Shown in pieces: positions 1 to 11,869 of a stretch of 63,134 nt of DNA. The DNA is taken from positions 711,632,525 through 711,695,658 of the forward strand of contig NC_058130.1 in the NCBI RefSeq assembly GCF_016433145.1. The letters run 5' to 3'. A program made the translations under genes and the position numbers. Each line of letters starts with the position of its first letter. Position 1 is the stretch's first letter. The DNA comes from Gracilinanus agilis. Taxonomy: Eukaryota. The notes beneath the pieces are model-generated. The model was not told where the DNA came from. It saw nothing but the letters and a program-made list of their open reading frames with translations, and did no database searches.

Positions 1-1528
1 GATTAGTGCAATAGATTTCTTTTTGGTCTGCCTGCCACAGGTCTCTTCCTATTTCTTCTCCTCAGACAAGTCCCAGACAAAAACCCAACTTCCACTAGCA
101 ACCTTTCTCAATCTCTTTAATTTTATTATCTTCCCTCTGTTGATTATTTCCTATTTATCTTATTACCCTCCCCCAGTTAAATATTTCCTATTAGTTTTAA
201 TATCTTTCCTCTAGATTATTTCCTATTTATCCTATATATAATTTGTTTCCATGGTTTCTCTTACATTATGAGCTCCTTGAGGTTAGGGACTATCTTTTAT
301 CTTTCTCTGAAAGCACTTCCCAGCAGTCTGGCACATAGTTGATGTTTAATAAATGTTTATTAACTGACTCATTTGTCAGATCCTATGTTCCTTTGAATTT
401 CCCTGGCTCAGTTCCTGTGAGCCCTACTTTTCATAGATTCTCAGAGCTTCTGTTTATGTTTTCCTGGATCTCAGCCCCATTTATCAGGCCCTGGACCTTG
501 TTCTATACTCTGTCTCTATCTCTGTCTCTGTCTGTCTCTGTTTCTCTCTGTGTGTCTCTGTCTCTCTGTCTCTGTCTGTCTGTCTCTCCTTGAGTAATGG
601 AAAGAATAATTGGTTTGGTAGCGGAAAACCAGGTTCGAATCCTGAAACTTTATAGCTTTGTGCTTTCTAGCTATGTGACCTCAGAGCCTTTGGGGGACTC
701 TCCTCTTCTAATTAATAAAAGCTAGCATTTAATGTTTGCAAAATGTTTAAATGTTTTATGTGTGTTCTCTCTTTTGGTCTTCACAATGACCTTGGTATTT
801 AAGGTCTGGCTCCCACCTACCTTTCTAGTCTTATTTCATAGGTTTTACATCCCAACCAATCTGGATCGTCACCATTCAGGAGTTCTCCAAACTCTGTCCT
901 TCACCTCTTGCCTCCATGTGTTTGCACAAGCCACCCCACATGTTTAGAATGAACCTCTTTTCTTTCTTTAAGGCTCAATTCCTCTGAGAAGTTTCCCCTA
1001 TCTCCACCATTTGTCTGTGCTCATTCTTTCCCCAGTTTTCCTCAGACTGTACTTGTTTGTTTACGTCATATATTTCCTCCCATACTCAGTCAGGTGTACT
1101 ATTTTTGAGAGAAGAGACCTTTTTATTTTTAGCTTGGATGTCCATCTCCAAACTATTGATCTCTACACGGCAGGGGCCTACTGTTCATTGATCTGAATTG
1201 AAATGGAGTCACTTTCTAGGCTTTGGTTTCTTCATCTGTGAAATGAGAAATTAGATTCAGTGTTTCTGAGATTCCTTTTTGTTCTAAATTCTATGAGAGT
1301 GTTTTACTAGCACTTGGCTCCTAGTTAGAAATCTTGTCATTTCCCTCATCTGTAGCAATGACAGTGACACATATCCCCCTCGTTCCCCCGCCTCCCCAGT
1401 CTGCCTGCCTCCCTCCTCTCCCCAGGCCTCCCCTCATCACTGGAGAAAGGTTATCGCTAAAGCCAGATTTCTTCCTAGGGAATGGAGGGGTCGAGGAGAA
1501 GGATGCTGGTCCTGCTTCTAGCTGGAGG

Positions 1529-1573
1529 AGATAAGGGAGGTCAATCCCTTATCTTGCAGCAGTTGGCTATAAA
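1529..1573 (+). promoter_or_regulatory. RLN3 proximal promoter: inverted GATA pair plus TATA box
   Basis: AGATAAGGGA (1529-1538) and TCCCTTATCT (1545-1554) form a perfect inverted repeat; TATAAA at 1568-1573, about 100 nt upstream of the RLN3 ATG. Confidence 0.7.
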
Positions 1574-1673
1574 TGGGGAGGCAGAAGCAGGGATGGGAAA
1601 AGGCAGCTGGACCTGACATCGTGCTGTGGCTCCAAGACAGGTTTCTCCCTAGCGGTCTTGCCTCTGGTCCACC

Positions 1674-1836
1674 ATGCCCAAAGCTGTGCTGCTCCTGGTA
1701 CTGTGGGCTTTGCTGGGGGATCTGCCAGCAGCTGAGGGCCGAACTTCTCCCTATGCCGTAAAACTGTGTGGTCGAGAGTTCATCCGGGCTGTCATCTTTA
1801 CCTGTGGGGGTTCTCGATGGAGACGGGCTAGAACCG
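1674..1836 (+). CDS. RLN3: RLN3 exon 1 (signal peptide and B chain)
   Basis: 54 codons + 1 nt; donor G|GTGAGT at 1837. Confidence 0.97.
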
Positions 1837-2680
1837 GTGAGTAGTGGCTATGGATGCTAGGAGATGGGGGAGAGCTTCGAGCTGGGGCAGAGATAGTAGG
1901 GGAACGCAGAGCTGCAAAGGACCTTAGAGGCTGGCTGTTCTAGTTGTCTCATTTCACAGATGAGAAAACTGAGGCTCAGGACAGAATGGAATTTACCCAA
2001 GGCTAATAATATACATCAGAGACAGGATTTAAACCCAGATTGTGGATTTCCTGGATGACAGGCTTCAGAGCTGGAGGACATCTTAGAGACCATCTAATCT
2101 AAACTCATTTTACTGATGAGAAAACACAGAGAAGTGAACTGATATCATTACAAATCCACTCATGGTTAAGGATGCATGTGGGGAGACAATGTGCGTGTGC
2201 GTGTGTGGGAAAGAAATCAATGGAAGACATTGTTTTGTCCTGGGGGAAAAGATGTGCTCAAACCAAGGGGACTGCCAAGCACAGATGAGAGGCACAAGTC
2301 CAAAGTTTCTAAATCCTTTTTTGGGGGAGGGAAGTCTCGGGAAGTAGCCAGTTCATGCGGCAAATGCGAGAGACTTTAACGTTTTGCTCTGTTTTCCAGA
2401 GGATGCCTTTGCTGAGGAGTTAGGGGGTGAGTCCCAGGAGACCACTTCAATTGAATGGCTGTCCAGTCCCCTCCTGCCACTGTCCAGGGAGCCTGAAGAC
2501 TTCTACAGCAGCATGGGAGGCTCTAGCTGGGCTGGGATGTCCAGGAGCCGGCCAGAGTCAGAGTCTGAGGCCAGGCCTGGCCAGGGCTTCCTCCGGGGTG
2601 GTCGGGATGTTCTGGCAGGTGTCTCCAGCAACTGCTGCAAGTGGGGCTGCAGCAAGACTGAGATTAGCAGCCTGTGCTAG
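1674..2680 (+). CDS. RLN3: Relaxin-3 preprohormone, join(1674..1836,2400..2680), 147 aa
   Basis: CCACCATG Kozak; signal peptide; B chain RTSPYAVKLCGREFIRAVIFTCGGSRW then RR; phase-1 GT-AG intron; A chain DVLAGVSSNCCKWGCSKTEISSLC with the insulin-family Cys pattern. Confidence 0.98.
2400..2680 (+). CDS. RLN3: RLN3 exon 2 (C peptide and A chain)
   Basis: Acceptor gttttccag| at 2399; RGGR/DVLAG processing site; TAG stop. Confidence 0.97.
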
Positions 2681-3406
2681 ACTCTGGGGGGAAGGGGAGA
2701 CTTCATTTCCTCTGCTGAGTATTAGACTCAGTGGAGCCTGAACCTCCCCTCCTCTACTCCAGGTCCCTCCTGCTCTCTGCCCCTCCTGAGGCCAAACTCT
2801 GGATCTCTGCTCACTCTTGTCCTCACTTTGTTCTTAAGAGCCTCACTCTATTTTCCAATGGTAGAATGGGCTTCCCTTCCCTTTCCTTACTTTAGCTTCC
2901 CTTCTGATATTAAAGTCCAGTTCTTTCCCTTTTCTCTTTGTGTGCCCCATTTTCTATACTCTCCCTTCAACTTCACACCCCTCCTCTGCTTGGCCCTTGA
3001 GCTTAGTGTACCCTGAGCCTGTTTGGGGAATGGAAATGGACCCGCCTAGTTCACCCCACCCATCACCCATCACATCATGTTGGGGGCAGCCATATGAGAA
3101 TTCTCCCAAGTAAATGATTTCTGGCCTAGGGGAAAAAAAAAGCTGTCCTCCGGAATCATAGGAGAAAGTTAAAGCTGGGCAAGACCTCAGATATATTCCC
3201 ACAGCTCCAACCTGGAATGGTTCCCCATACAACCTCATACCCATGATCATTCCACACCAGAATCATTCAGTCCCGCAGTGAAACAACACACTTGCTACTC
3301 AGCTCTCACTGTGGGGGATGGGAGAGAGTGAGTGGCTGGGGCTGGGTGGCCGGATGCCTGGGTTCAGGATGCGGGTTGGCCCTGGTCCAAGCTTCTTCAA
3401 AGTCTC

Positions 3407-3412
3407 AATAAA
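3407..3412 (+). terminator. Probable RLN3 polyadenylation signal
   Basis: AATAAA followed by a U/GU-rich downstream element (tgactttgtgtgtgtgtgtgttt). Confidence 0.7.
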
Positions 3413-3795
3413 ACTCAGAATGACTTTGTGTGTGTGTGTGTTTAGATCATTGTAGAAGTGGTGGCCAGCCAGCATCCATCTTTTTCTCCTACCTGAGGGG
3501 CACAGCTTCTTTGTGCCTCAATTTCTCCAGGAGAAGCATTCTTCTTTGTTCACTCTCATAGGCTCTTCAGTTGGGGCACACCTCCCTCCTACGATCTGGG
3601 ACTTTCTGCCCTGAGCCTTGGGTGTGGGGGTTGTTATTATCTCATTGGTTAAGGCAGGAAGCTAGGTCCCCGGTCAGTTGGAGGGAGCAGAGGGAGCCAG
3701 TAGGGGCTGCCACAGACTCACTCCGGTTCATCTAGCCTCCAGGCACCAGCTTTCCTTGATTCTTGCTGTAGCCATTACCACCAAGGTTGCCGATA

Positions 3796-3847
3796 ATGCT
3801 GTGGCTACTGCTGGCTTTGCCAGTGATGCTTCTGGCTGTACCAGAGG
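3796..3847 (+). CDS. IL27RA: IL27RA exon 1 (signal peptide MLWLLLALPVMLLAVPE)
   Basis: Hydrophobic leader; phase-1 donor G|GTGAGT; upstream in-frame TAG fixes this ATG. Confidence 0.8.
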
Positions 3848-6800
3848 GTGAGTGATTAATGGCCCCACAATCTTCCATGCCCTTGGCCTTCGAACTGGTG
3901 GCCCTGGAGGACTCCTAGCCCCCATCCACACCCCTCACTTCACCCTGAGCCTCAGACAGGTGCTGAGTGGGATCCCTCCTGCCTTCTCTTTCCATTTCCT
4001 CCCTCACCCACCTCCCCACCCCCAGCTGCCAGACAGCTAACTCCCTGGGGCCCCCACAGGATGTGGGAGAGCCAGAGGATGATGTGTGCACAGCTTAGAG
4101 AGGGAGGAGGGAGTGTGGGGAAGGTTCTGGACCCCCAAGTAAGGCCCCAGCCCCTGGAAAGGCAGGTGCTGGAAGTTAGTCATTCAATTGATATTATTAA
4201 ACTAACTGTGGACAGACCGTACTGGTCATCACTGGGGAAGCTGGGACATTTCTGTAAGACACAATCTGAGTACGATACAAGCATTGCTACTAGTAGGCAC
4301 ATGCCTGGTATAAAAAACAGGCTCATGCCTGCTGGAAGTCAGTGAAGTCAGGTGAAATCTGAGTCGGAATCCTGACTCAGACACTTCCTCACTAGCAGTA
4401 GGGACTCTGGGCATATTTCTGTACCTCAGGAAACCGCCATTTCTTCTTAACCTCTAAAATGTACAGGTAATACCTACAATCCCCACCTCCTACGGTTGCT
4501 GGGAAGAGGAAATGAGACAATGTCCAAAAAGTGCTTTGCAACTTTTAGTGCACTATATAAAATGTCAAATTACTGCTCAGGCTTTCCCCCTAAATCTCAG
4601 GTTTATCCTCTGTAAAATGGGGATGAAGGTATTTTCACTGCTTACCTTATAGGAAAACAGCCATGAGGAAAGTGCTTTGCCAACCTCAAAGTAGTAGAAC
4701 ACAGTACATTAGGAGGCTTACATGATCAGTGCATTAGGGAGAGAGAAAGGAAGCAATACATGTGAACCCAGAGGAAGACCATTACTGAACCAAACCAAAA
4801 GATCCAGGGGCTTCTGGGAAGAAATAGTACATTAGTGTGGTTTAGTGAAAAGAGTTCAAAGGGTGGNNNNNNNNNNNNNNNNNNNNNNNNNNNNNNNNNN
4901 NNNNNNNNNNNNNNNNNNNNNNNNNNNNNNNNNNNNNNNNNNNNNNNNNNNNNNNNNNNNNNNNNNNNNNNNNNNNNNNNNNNNNNNNNNNNNNNNNNNN
5001 NNNNNNNNNNNNNNNNNNNNNNNNNNNNNNNNNNNNNNNNNNNNNNNNNNNNNNNNNNNNNNNNNNNNNNNNNNNNNNNNNNNNNNNNNNNNNNNNNNNN
5101 NNNNNNNNNNNNNNNNNNNNNNNNNNNNNNNNNNNNNNNNNNNNNNNNNNNNNNNNNNNNNNNNNNNNNNNNNNNNNNNNNNNAGGAGGAAGGAAAGAGT
5201 TCAAAGTCTTAAGAGTCAAACTTNAAGAAAGAAAGAAAGAAAGAAAGAAAGAAGAAAGGAAGGAAGAAAGAGAAAGGAAGGGGGGAGGAAAGGAGGAAGG
5301 AAAGAGTTCAAAGTCTTAAGAGTCAAACTTAGATGAGTTCAAGTCCCATCTCTGCCACTGACCACTGCCACTGCTAGACTTGAACCCTCACTGGAGTTGA
5401 GTATCCTTTGTGAAATGAAGAGATTGGATTCAATAATCCCTTTCAGGTCTGATTTTCTGTGAGTAGAGCTTTAAAAGCCCCTAGGAATTAAGCAGATAAA
5501 GAAGGAGAGAATACTGTAGGCATAGGGGACAAAGTGGACCAGGAGAATGGTGGGCATAAAGGGGGGTCAGAGAGTCTCATAGTTCGGCTGGAGCATGAGG
5601 AGGAGAGTAGAAAGTGAGTAGCTGGGCACAATAGCAAATAAAGCTGGAAGGCCGGTGTGGTTGGTTGCAGTTTGGGAGTAGTCTTGAATGCCAGACAGCA
5701 GATGAACTTGTCTAAGTATGCAATGAGGAGACACAGTTTGGGGGCAGGGGAATAACATGGCCTGATCTTTGTGTGGTTTTACTGGAACAGAGCCATGGGC
5801 TAACCAGGGATCATTACCTTCATCATCTCCACTCTCTGAACTCCAATGCTACTGGATAAGACCCAAGGGAGACATGAACTGCACGTGGGGATCCAGCTTG
5901 GACCCTGGCATTCCTTATAACTTCTACTACCAGAGCTTAAAGTAGTGAGTAAAACCCAAGTTTTCTACTCCCCAGCTCTCCACTCCCACAAAGCCTCAGA
6001 GGGGTGGGGGATTGAGGAAACTGACACATCAGAGAAATGGCAGCTTTGGGGCTCCTCCCACTAGCCCACTGATGTACTTCCTCCCCAAGCCTGGGGAGAA
6101 GACCTGGCCCTTGGCACCCCAAACAGATTGTAAGGTTGCTGCTCAGGTTACGCTTTCCTCTTACCTTCGTCTGTCTAAAGCTGTTGCTTAATGCGAAGGA
6201 ATGAGAAACATTGGAAAGAGCCCAGGCTCTGGAGTAGGAGGAGCTGGATTCAAATCCTGATTTCAAGGCTTCCTAGGTCTTGGGCAAATTACCTTCCCTT
6301 ATCTCTGAGCCTCAGTTTCCTTATGTGTAAAATGAGAGGATTGATATCCCATCCAACTCTAGATGTAAGATGTTTCTAGTTTCCTGTGTGTAGCCACCCC
6401 AAAGTCTTTCTGTTTTCTCTCTCACCAGTCACCCCAACAGGATCCAGAATGTCTCAGTGACCAGAGGCCAGGGTTGGGTCATGGTGGAACGTGAGCATCT
6501 CACTATCTCTGACCACTACCTTGTATGGCTGAGTCCAAAGGACAACATTTCCCAGCCTGGAGACCCAGAGCCTCTCAGACTGTGCCTAGATGACATAGGT
6601 GCTCAGGGGTGGGAGGGCCAGTATCTGTGCCATCCAGGTCTGGAGGAGGGGGGTGGTAGAAGGTGGCAGCTTAGGGGTCCCTGCAACTTACAGGAATAAT
6701 GCTCTTCTCTCTCCCACAGTGAAACCCGAGCCACCAATGCTATTCTCTGTAGATTTCTCTGATGACCCCACGGTAGTCACTGTGACCTGGGGTACCCCTG

Positions 6801-9800
6801 CCTGGCCCCCCCATGAGAGCTTTGAATGTCAGTTCCGCTTTCGGGACATCTTGTCTTTAGCATGGCAACAGGTGAGTTATATCCCTCAAACTTCTGTGGG
6901 GTTTGATGCCCCAGATAATAGTAATAACGGCCATGATAACAGCTAGTAATTTATATAGCACTTTAAAGTTTGCAAATCACTTTATACATATTAACCCATT
7001 TCATGCTCATAACAGCTCTAGGAGGTAGGTACTAGTATTATCCACTCCATTTTGACGATGAGGAAACTGAGGCACAGGGGAAGGGAATTGACTTATCTAA
7101 GGTCACACAAACAGAAAGTAGCAGAGCCCAAATTTGAAACCAAATCTTCTGGGTTCTCTTTATACCACTCCAGATAGGATTAACTGATGGCCACATGTGA
7201 CTATGTCATTAGTCAGTCAATACACGTTTATTAAGTCCTTCCTGTGAACAGGCACAGCGCTAAGTGCTGTGGATACAAAAAGAGACAAAGGACAATCCCT
7301 TCCCTCAGCAAGCTATCTATAGTAGGATAAATAGGAAATAATTAACAGAAGGAAGGCATTAGAATTGAGAAGTGTTGGGGAAGGCTTCCAGTAAAAGATG
7401 GGATTTCAGCTGGTCTTAAAGAAAGCCAGGGAGGTCAGTAGTGAGAGTAAAGGAGAGAGCATGTTCTAAGCATGGGGGACAGCCAGAGAAAATGCTGAGA
7501 GCTAAGCATGTCTTGTTCATGAAACAGCCAGGAGGCCAGTGTCACTGGATTAAAGAGTATATAAGATATACAAAGACTGGAAAGGTAAACGTGAACTAGG
7601 TTATGAAGGGCTTTGAATGCCAAACAGAGCATTTTGTATTTGATCCTAGAGGCAATAGGGAACCACTGGAGTTTATTGAGTAGTAGGCACTGAGTGACAT
7701 GATCAGACCTGTATTAGTCAAATCTTGTGTCTGTGATAAGGAGAGAGATATGAGACTACCTGGATTATAAAATAATTCTGAGGATTTAGATTGGGCTGAA
7801 TGACTAGACCCACAAAATAGTCATTAATATCTCTATTAGTGTAATAATGGACAATTCACAAGAAGAGTCTAGGGATCCTGCTTCTGGAAAGGCATGAGGA
7901 TGTGTGATGGAAGTGCCCTGCTCTCAATTTAGAGTGAGTGAATATGTACCTGGTTCCAGTCCTACCTGAATTCCTTTGCTGAGGTAGAGAGCCCATGGGT
8001 GTATCATAATTATTTATCATGTTTTTGTTATAATAATCAGTTTCACTAAGAATTAGTTTTTCTTTTTCCTCTTAAAAATGATTAGTTATGTGTGACCCTG
8101 GGCAAATCACTTAACCATCATTGCCTAGCCTTTACTACCCTTCTGTCTTAGAACCAATACATAGTATTGATTCTAACATGGAAAGTAAGGGTTTAAAAAA
8201 AAAAAAAAACAAGATTAGGAGGCAGCTGGGTAGCTCAGTGGATTGAGAGCCAGGCCTAGAGATGTGAGGTCTTAGGTTCAAATATGGCCTCAGACACTTC
8301 CCAGCTGTGTGACCCTGGGCAAGTCACTTAACCCCCATTGCCTAGCCCTTACCACTCTTCTGCCTTGGAGCCAATACACAGTATTGACTCCAAGATGGAA
8401 GGTAAGGGTTAAAAAAAAAAAAAAAAAGATTAGTTATTAGGAATAGTTGTCTGAGAGGGGAGAAGAACAAAAGGAAAAGTAAAACAAAACCAGGAAAAAG
8501 GGATTGTAAATTATTATATGTATTTGGGAACTTCTGTTATTTCTCAACTGTTAAGCCTAGAATGAAAGATGTGTACATTATCTTGAAAGTGACAGCAGTC
8601 AAATCATTCTGCTTGTTTGGAACATTTTGGTGATCCATTTAGCATAGAATGTCTTGGTGCAACTGCCTTAATTTCCTCATTCTGATCACTGGGCTCAGAA
8701 AACTTGGGTTCAGATCTTGAGTCTGATGTTTGTGTAACCATGGGCAATCCCTCTGAGTGTCAGTTTCCTTTTCTGTAAAAATAAGAATATGATGCTATCT
8801 ATAAATCTGACATTATAGGGCGTGCAAGGGTCAGATGAGATCTGTAATATAGGATCATGGAACTTAGTTTAACATGCTTTTCTTTTTAAATTTTGAGTTC
8901 CAAATTTTCTCCCTCCCTCTCACCCCTTGTCCCACCCACTGAGAAAGCAAGTTGTATATCCATTATACATGTGAAATATTGCAAAACAAATTTCTATATT
9001 AGCCATATTTTTTAAAAAGCAAGAAAAATAAAGAAAGTGAGAAAATTATACCTCAGTTTGTACTCAGAGTTCATCAGTTCTCACTCTGGAGGAGGATAGC
9101 ATCGGATCATTGTATTGATCAGTGTAGCTAAGTTTTTCACATTTTAGTCATTGTTACAATATTGCTTTTATTGTGCACAATGATCTCCTGGTTCTTCTCA
9201 CTTCACTTTGCATCAGTTCATATAGATCTTGATATGCTTTTCTGAAACCACCTCCTTGACATTTCTCATAGCACAATAGTACTCTGTCACAATCATATGC
9301 TAAAAAGCTCTCTTCATTCTGTAGCACTTGTGGCTTCCCATAGAATTATTGTATAGTATATGGGACTTATTACATAGGCCCATTGAGATTGTCATATGAC
9401 CCATAGAGATTATTGCATGACCCATGGAACTTATTATATGGCTCGTGAGATTAATTACATGTAATAATACAAGCCCATAGGAGGTATTATGTCGATTTAC
9501 GGAGGTTCTTATATGATCTATGGGAGCTATTTTCTCACTCACAGGAGTTTTGACTCCTTCTCATCTCTTCCTCAGGTGGAGCTTAGAGATTTAACCTCAT
9601 CCTTTCTGGAGCTTCGGGGTTTAGAGCCAGCCACAGGTTATGAAATGTCCTCCCGCTGCCAGTTGCAGAACAATGTGGGCTTTTGGAGTGACTGGAGCTC
9701 CACCCTGAAATTTCAGACCCTTCCAGTTGGTGAGCCCTTTTTTCTCTTAGTGTTGGGAGGCTCAAGGCCAGGATGCTTATATGCCTCCTCCATTTTCTCT

Positions 9801-11818
9801 CCTCTTCTTAGCAACTGGAGAAGTTCTTCACCCTATTTTCCTCTCTCCTTGTGCCTCTGTTTAGCCCCAACCAGCCCGGTGGACATGTGGGTACTTGGGT
9901 CACCCTGTAGCAGCTCACGCCCCCAAGAAGAGTCCTATGTTCTGCTATGGAAGGTGACCTGGGACCTGGAGTATTCCTAGAGGGTCTGCCTGGGCCCCAG
10001 CCCAGAGGTAGCTGTAGCTTGGGCATGGGAGATAGGATGGTAAGGGGAAGGGATAGATCCATAGAGCCTGGGGAAAAAGAAACTTGGGCTCAGTTTCCTG
10101 AGAGCTGTGTCCCAACTGGGGCAGCATGTATAACTGAAACAGTGCTGGGCTTGATGATTAAGGATCTGGGTTCAAGTAGTATATTTCTGTGTGACCTTGG
10201 AAGAGACTCTTCCCCTTCCTGGTCCTCAATATCTTCCCTTGTACAAGGTGGAGAATGATACTTGCAACTTTAAAGGATTCAAATGTTGTAATAGATGGGA
10301 ATATTCTTTTCTTAGACTATGGGTTCCAGAAGGGCAGGGACATTTGTCTTAACACATTAATGGATTTTAAAAGTCATCATCATCATAGTTGTCATCATCT
10401 CTTCCTCTTCTTCCTTCTCTTCCTTCTTTCCCTTTCCTCCTGTATTAGTATCAATTCTGAGACAGAAGAGTGGCAAGAGTTAGCAATCAGGGCTAAGTGA
10501 CTTGCCCAGGGTCATACAGCTAGGAAGTGCTTAAGACTACATTTGAATCCAGATCCAACCAACTCCAAGCCTGGTATTCTATCCACTGTGCCACTTACCT
10601 CGAAAACTCTCTTCTTCTAACAACCTGTGAGGAAGGTAGTATAAGATAGATTATTTCCTCAATGCAGATGAGGAAATTAAGGTGGGGGGGGGGAGTAATT
10701 AGTCCATGGTGGCCCAGAATACATGGCAGTCAACACCTGAATGCAAGTCCTCCTGACTCCATGTCCAGCCAACTAAACTCAACTTTGAATCCCATTCTTC
10801 CAAATTGGTCTAGCACCCAATACGGGTCTTCATATACAGTGGGCATTTGATTAATGTTTATTGAATGAATACTGATTTTCATGATTGCACATTAATCCCT
10901 TCTCTTCCTGATCCAGGACCTTATGCCTGGGTCAGGGCTGAACTATACGGTGGTGTTCCAGGGACCAGGTAGAGATCGGCACCCTAAGGTTATCCCCTGT
11001 TGCAATGCCATCCTTCCCAATGGCACAGAGCGGGTATCAATAGTGGCTTCCAATACAGCTGGCCAGGGGCATATGTCCAACCTAACCTTAGCTTGTTCAG
11101 GTAAGATACAATAAGCTTCCTCCAGGAAGTAACTATGATCTTGGCTCTGGGTGGTGCTAGCTATCCCAGAGTAGAATGGATTGGGTGCTTCTGGAGGAAA
11201 TGATTTGCCCATCCCTGAAAGTCTTTTGCCTCCTGACCACTCATGAGGGATATTGTCAAGAGGATCCTTGACAAGATAGAGATTGGAACAGATGAATGTA
11301 GAAGTGCCTTCCATCTCTAAGAGTCTGTGATTTGGGGGAGAAGGCCATGTAGAAACAGAAAACACAAAACAGAAAGAAGGGATTTAATGGGTGAAAGTCA
11401 AAGACACAGATAGATGGGACTTGGGGATGGGGAAGAGGTAGAATGAGGTCCGACTCCTTTACTGTGTTGGCACCTGGGGTACAGGGCTTTCCCGATTATA
11501 CTTGTCTCCAGGTTCTGCTCCTAAGAGTGTCCAAGTAAACAGCATGGGAAATCAGGGAATATTGGTCAAATGGGTACCAGAGCCACAGGAATACCAGGAG
11601 TTTGTGGTGGAGTGGACCCAAGAAGACATGTCTCTCCAGGAGCTGAACTGGACGCGTCTGCCAAGTGGAAGTCAGAGCGCTCTGTTGAGAGGTGAAGTGA
11701 GGAAGTGATCAGATTGTAGGGATGCCTAAGTAGTTCCATCAGGCTCCTGAAGGGTTCTACAGATTGATAGACTAATGGACAGGAGAATTTGGGTCATGGT
11801 GACAAATTGATTTGGGAC

Positions 11819-11869
<51 letters not shown>

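Noticed and set aside
620-645. GGTTCGAATCC B-box suggesting a tRNA
   Set aside because: No cloverleaf; lies in a MIR-like SINE head. The same applies to the many ggttcaaat boxes in SINEs
5184-5330. Exact 40-bp direct repeat (5184-5223 and 5291-5330)
   Set aside because: The first copy lies between a gap and a single N; most likely a contig-overlap assembly artefact
4835-5336. ORFs spanning N runs (also 21477-21805, 33221-33902, 45287-46228)
   Set aside because: Artefacts of translating Ns and GA/TC microsatellites
5595-5613. ATG mini-exon MRRRVE + A|GTGAGT, phase-compatible with IL27RA exon 2 and preceded by CATAAA
   Set aside because: No signal peptide or homology; the exon at 3796-3847 fits far better. 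Kept only as a chance match unless junction reads appear
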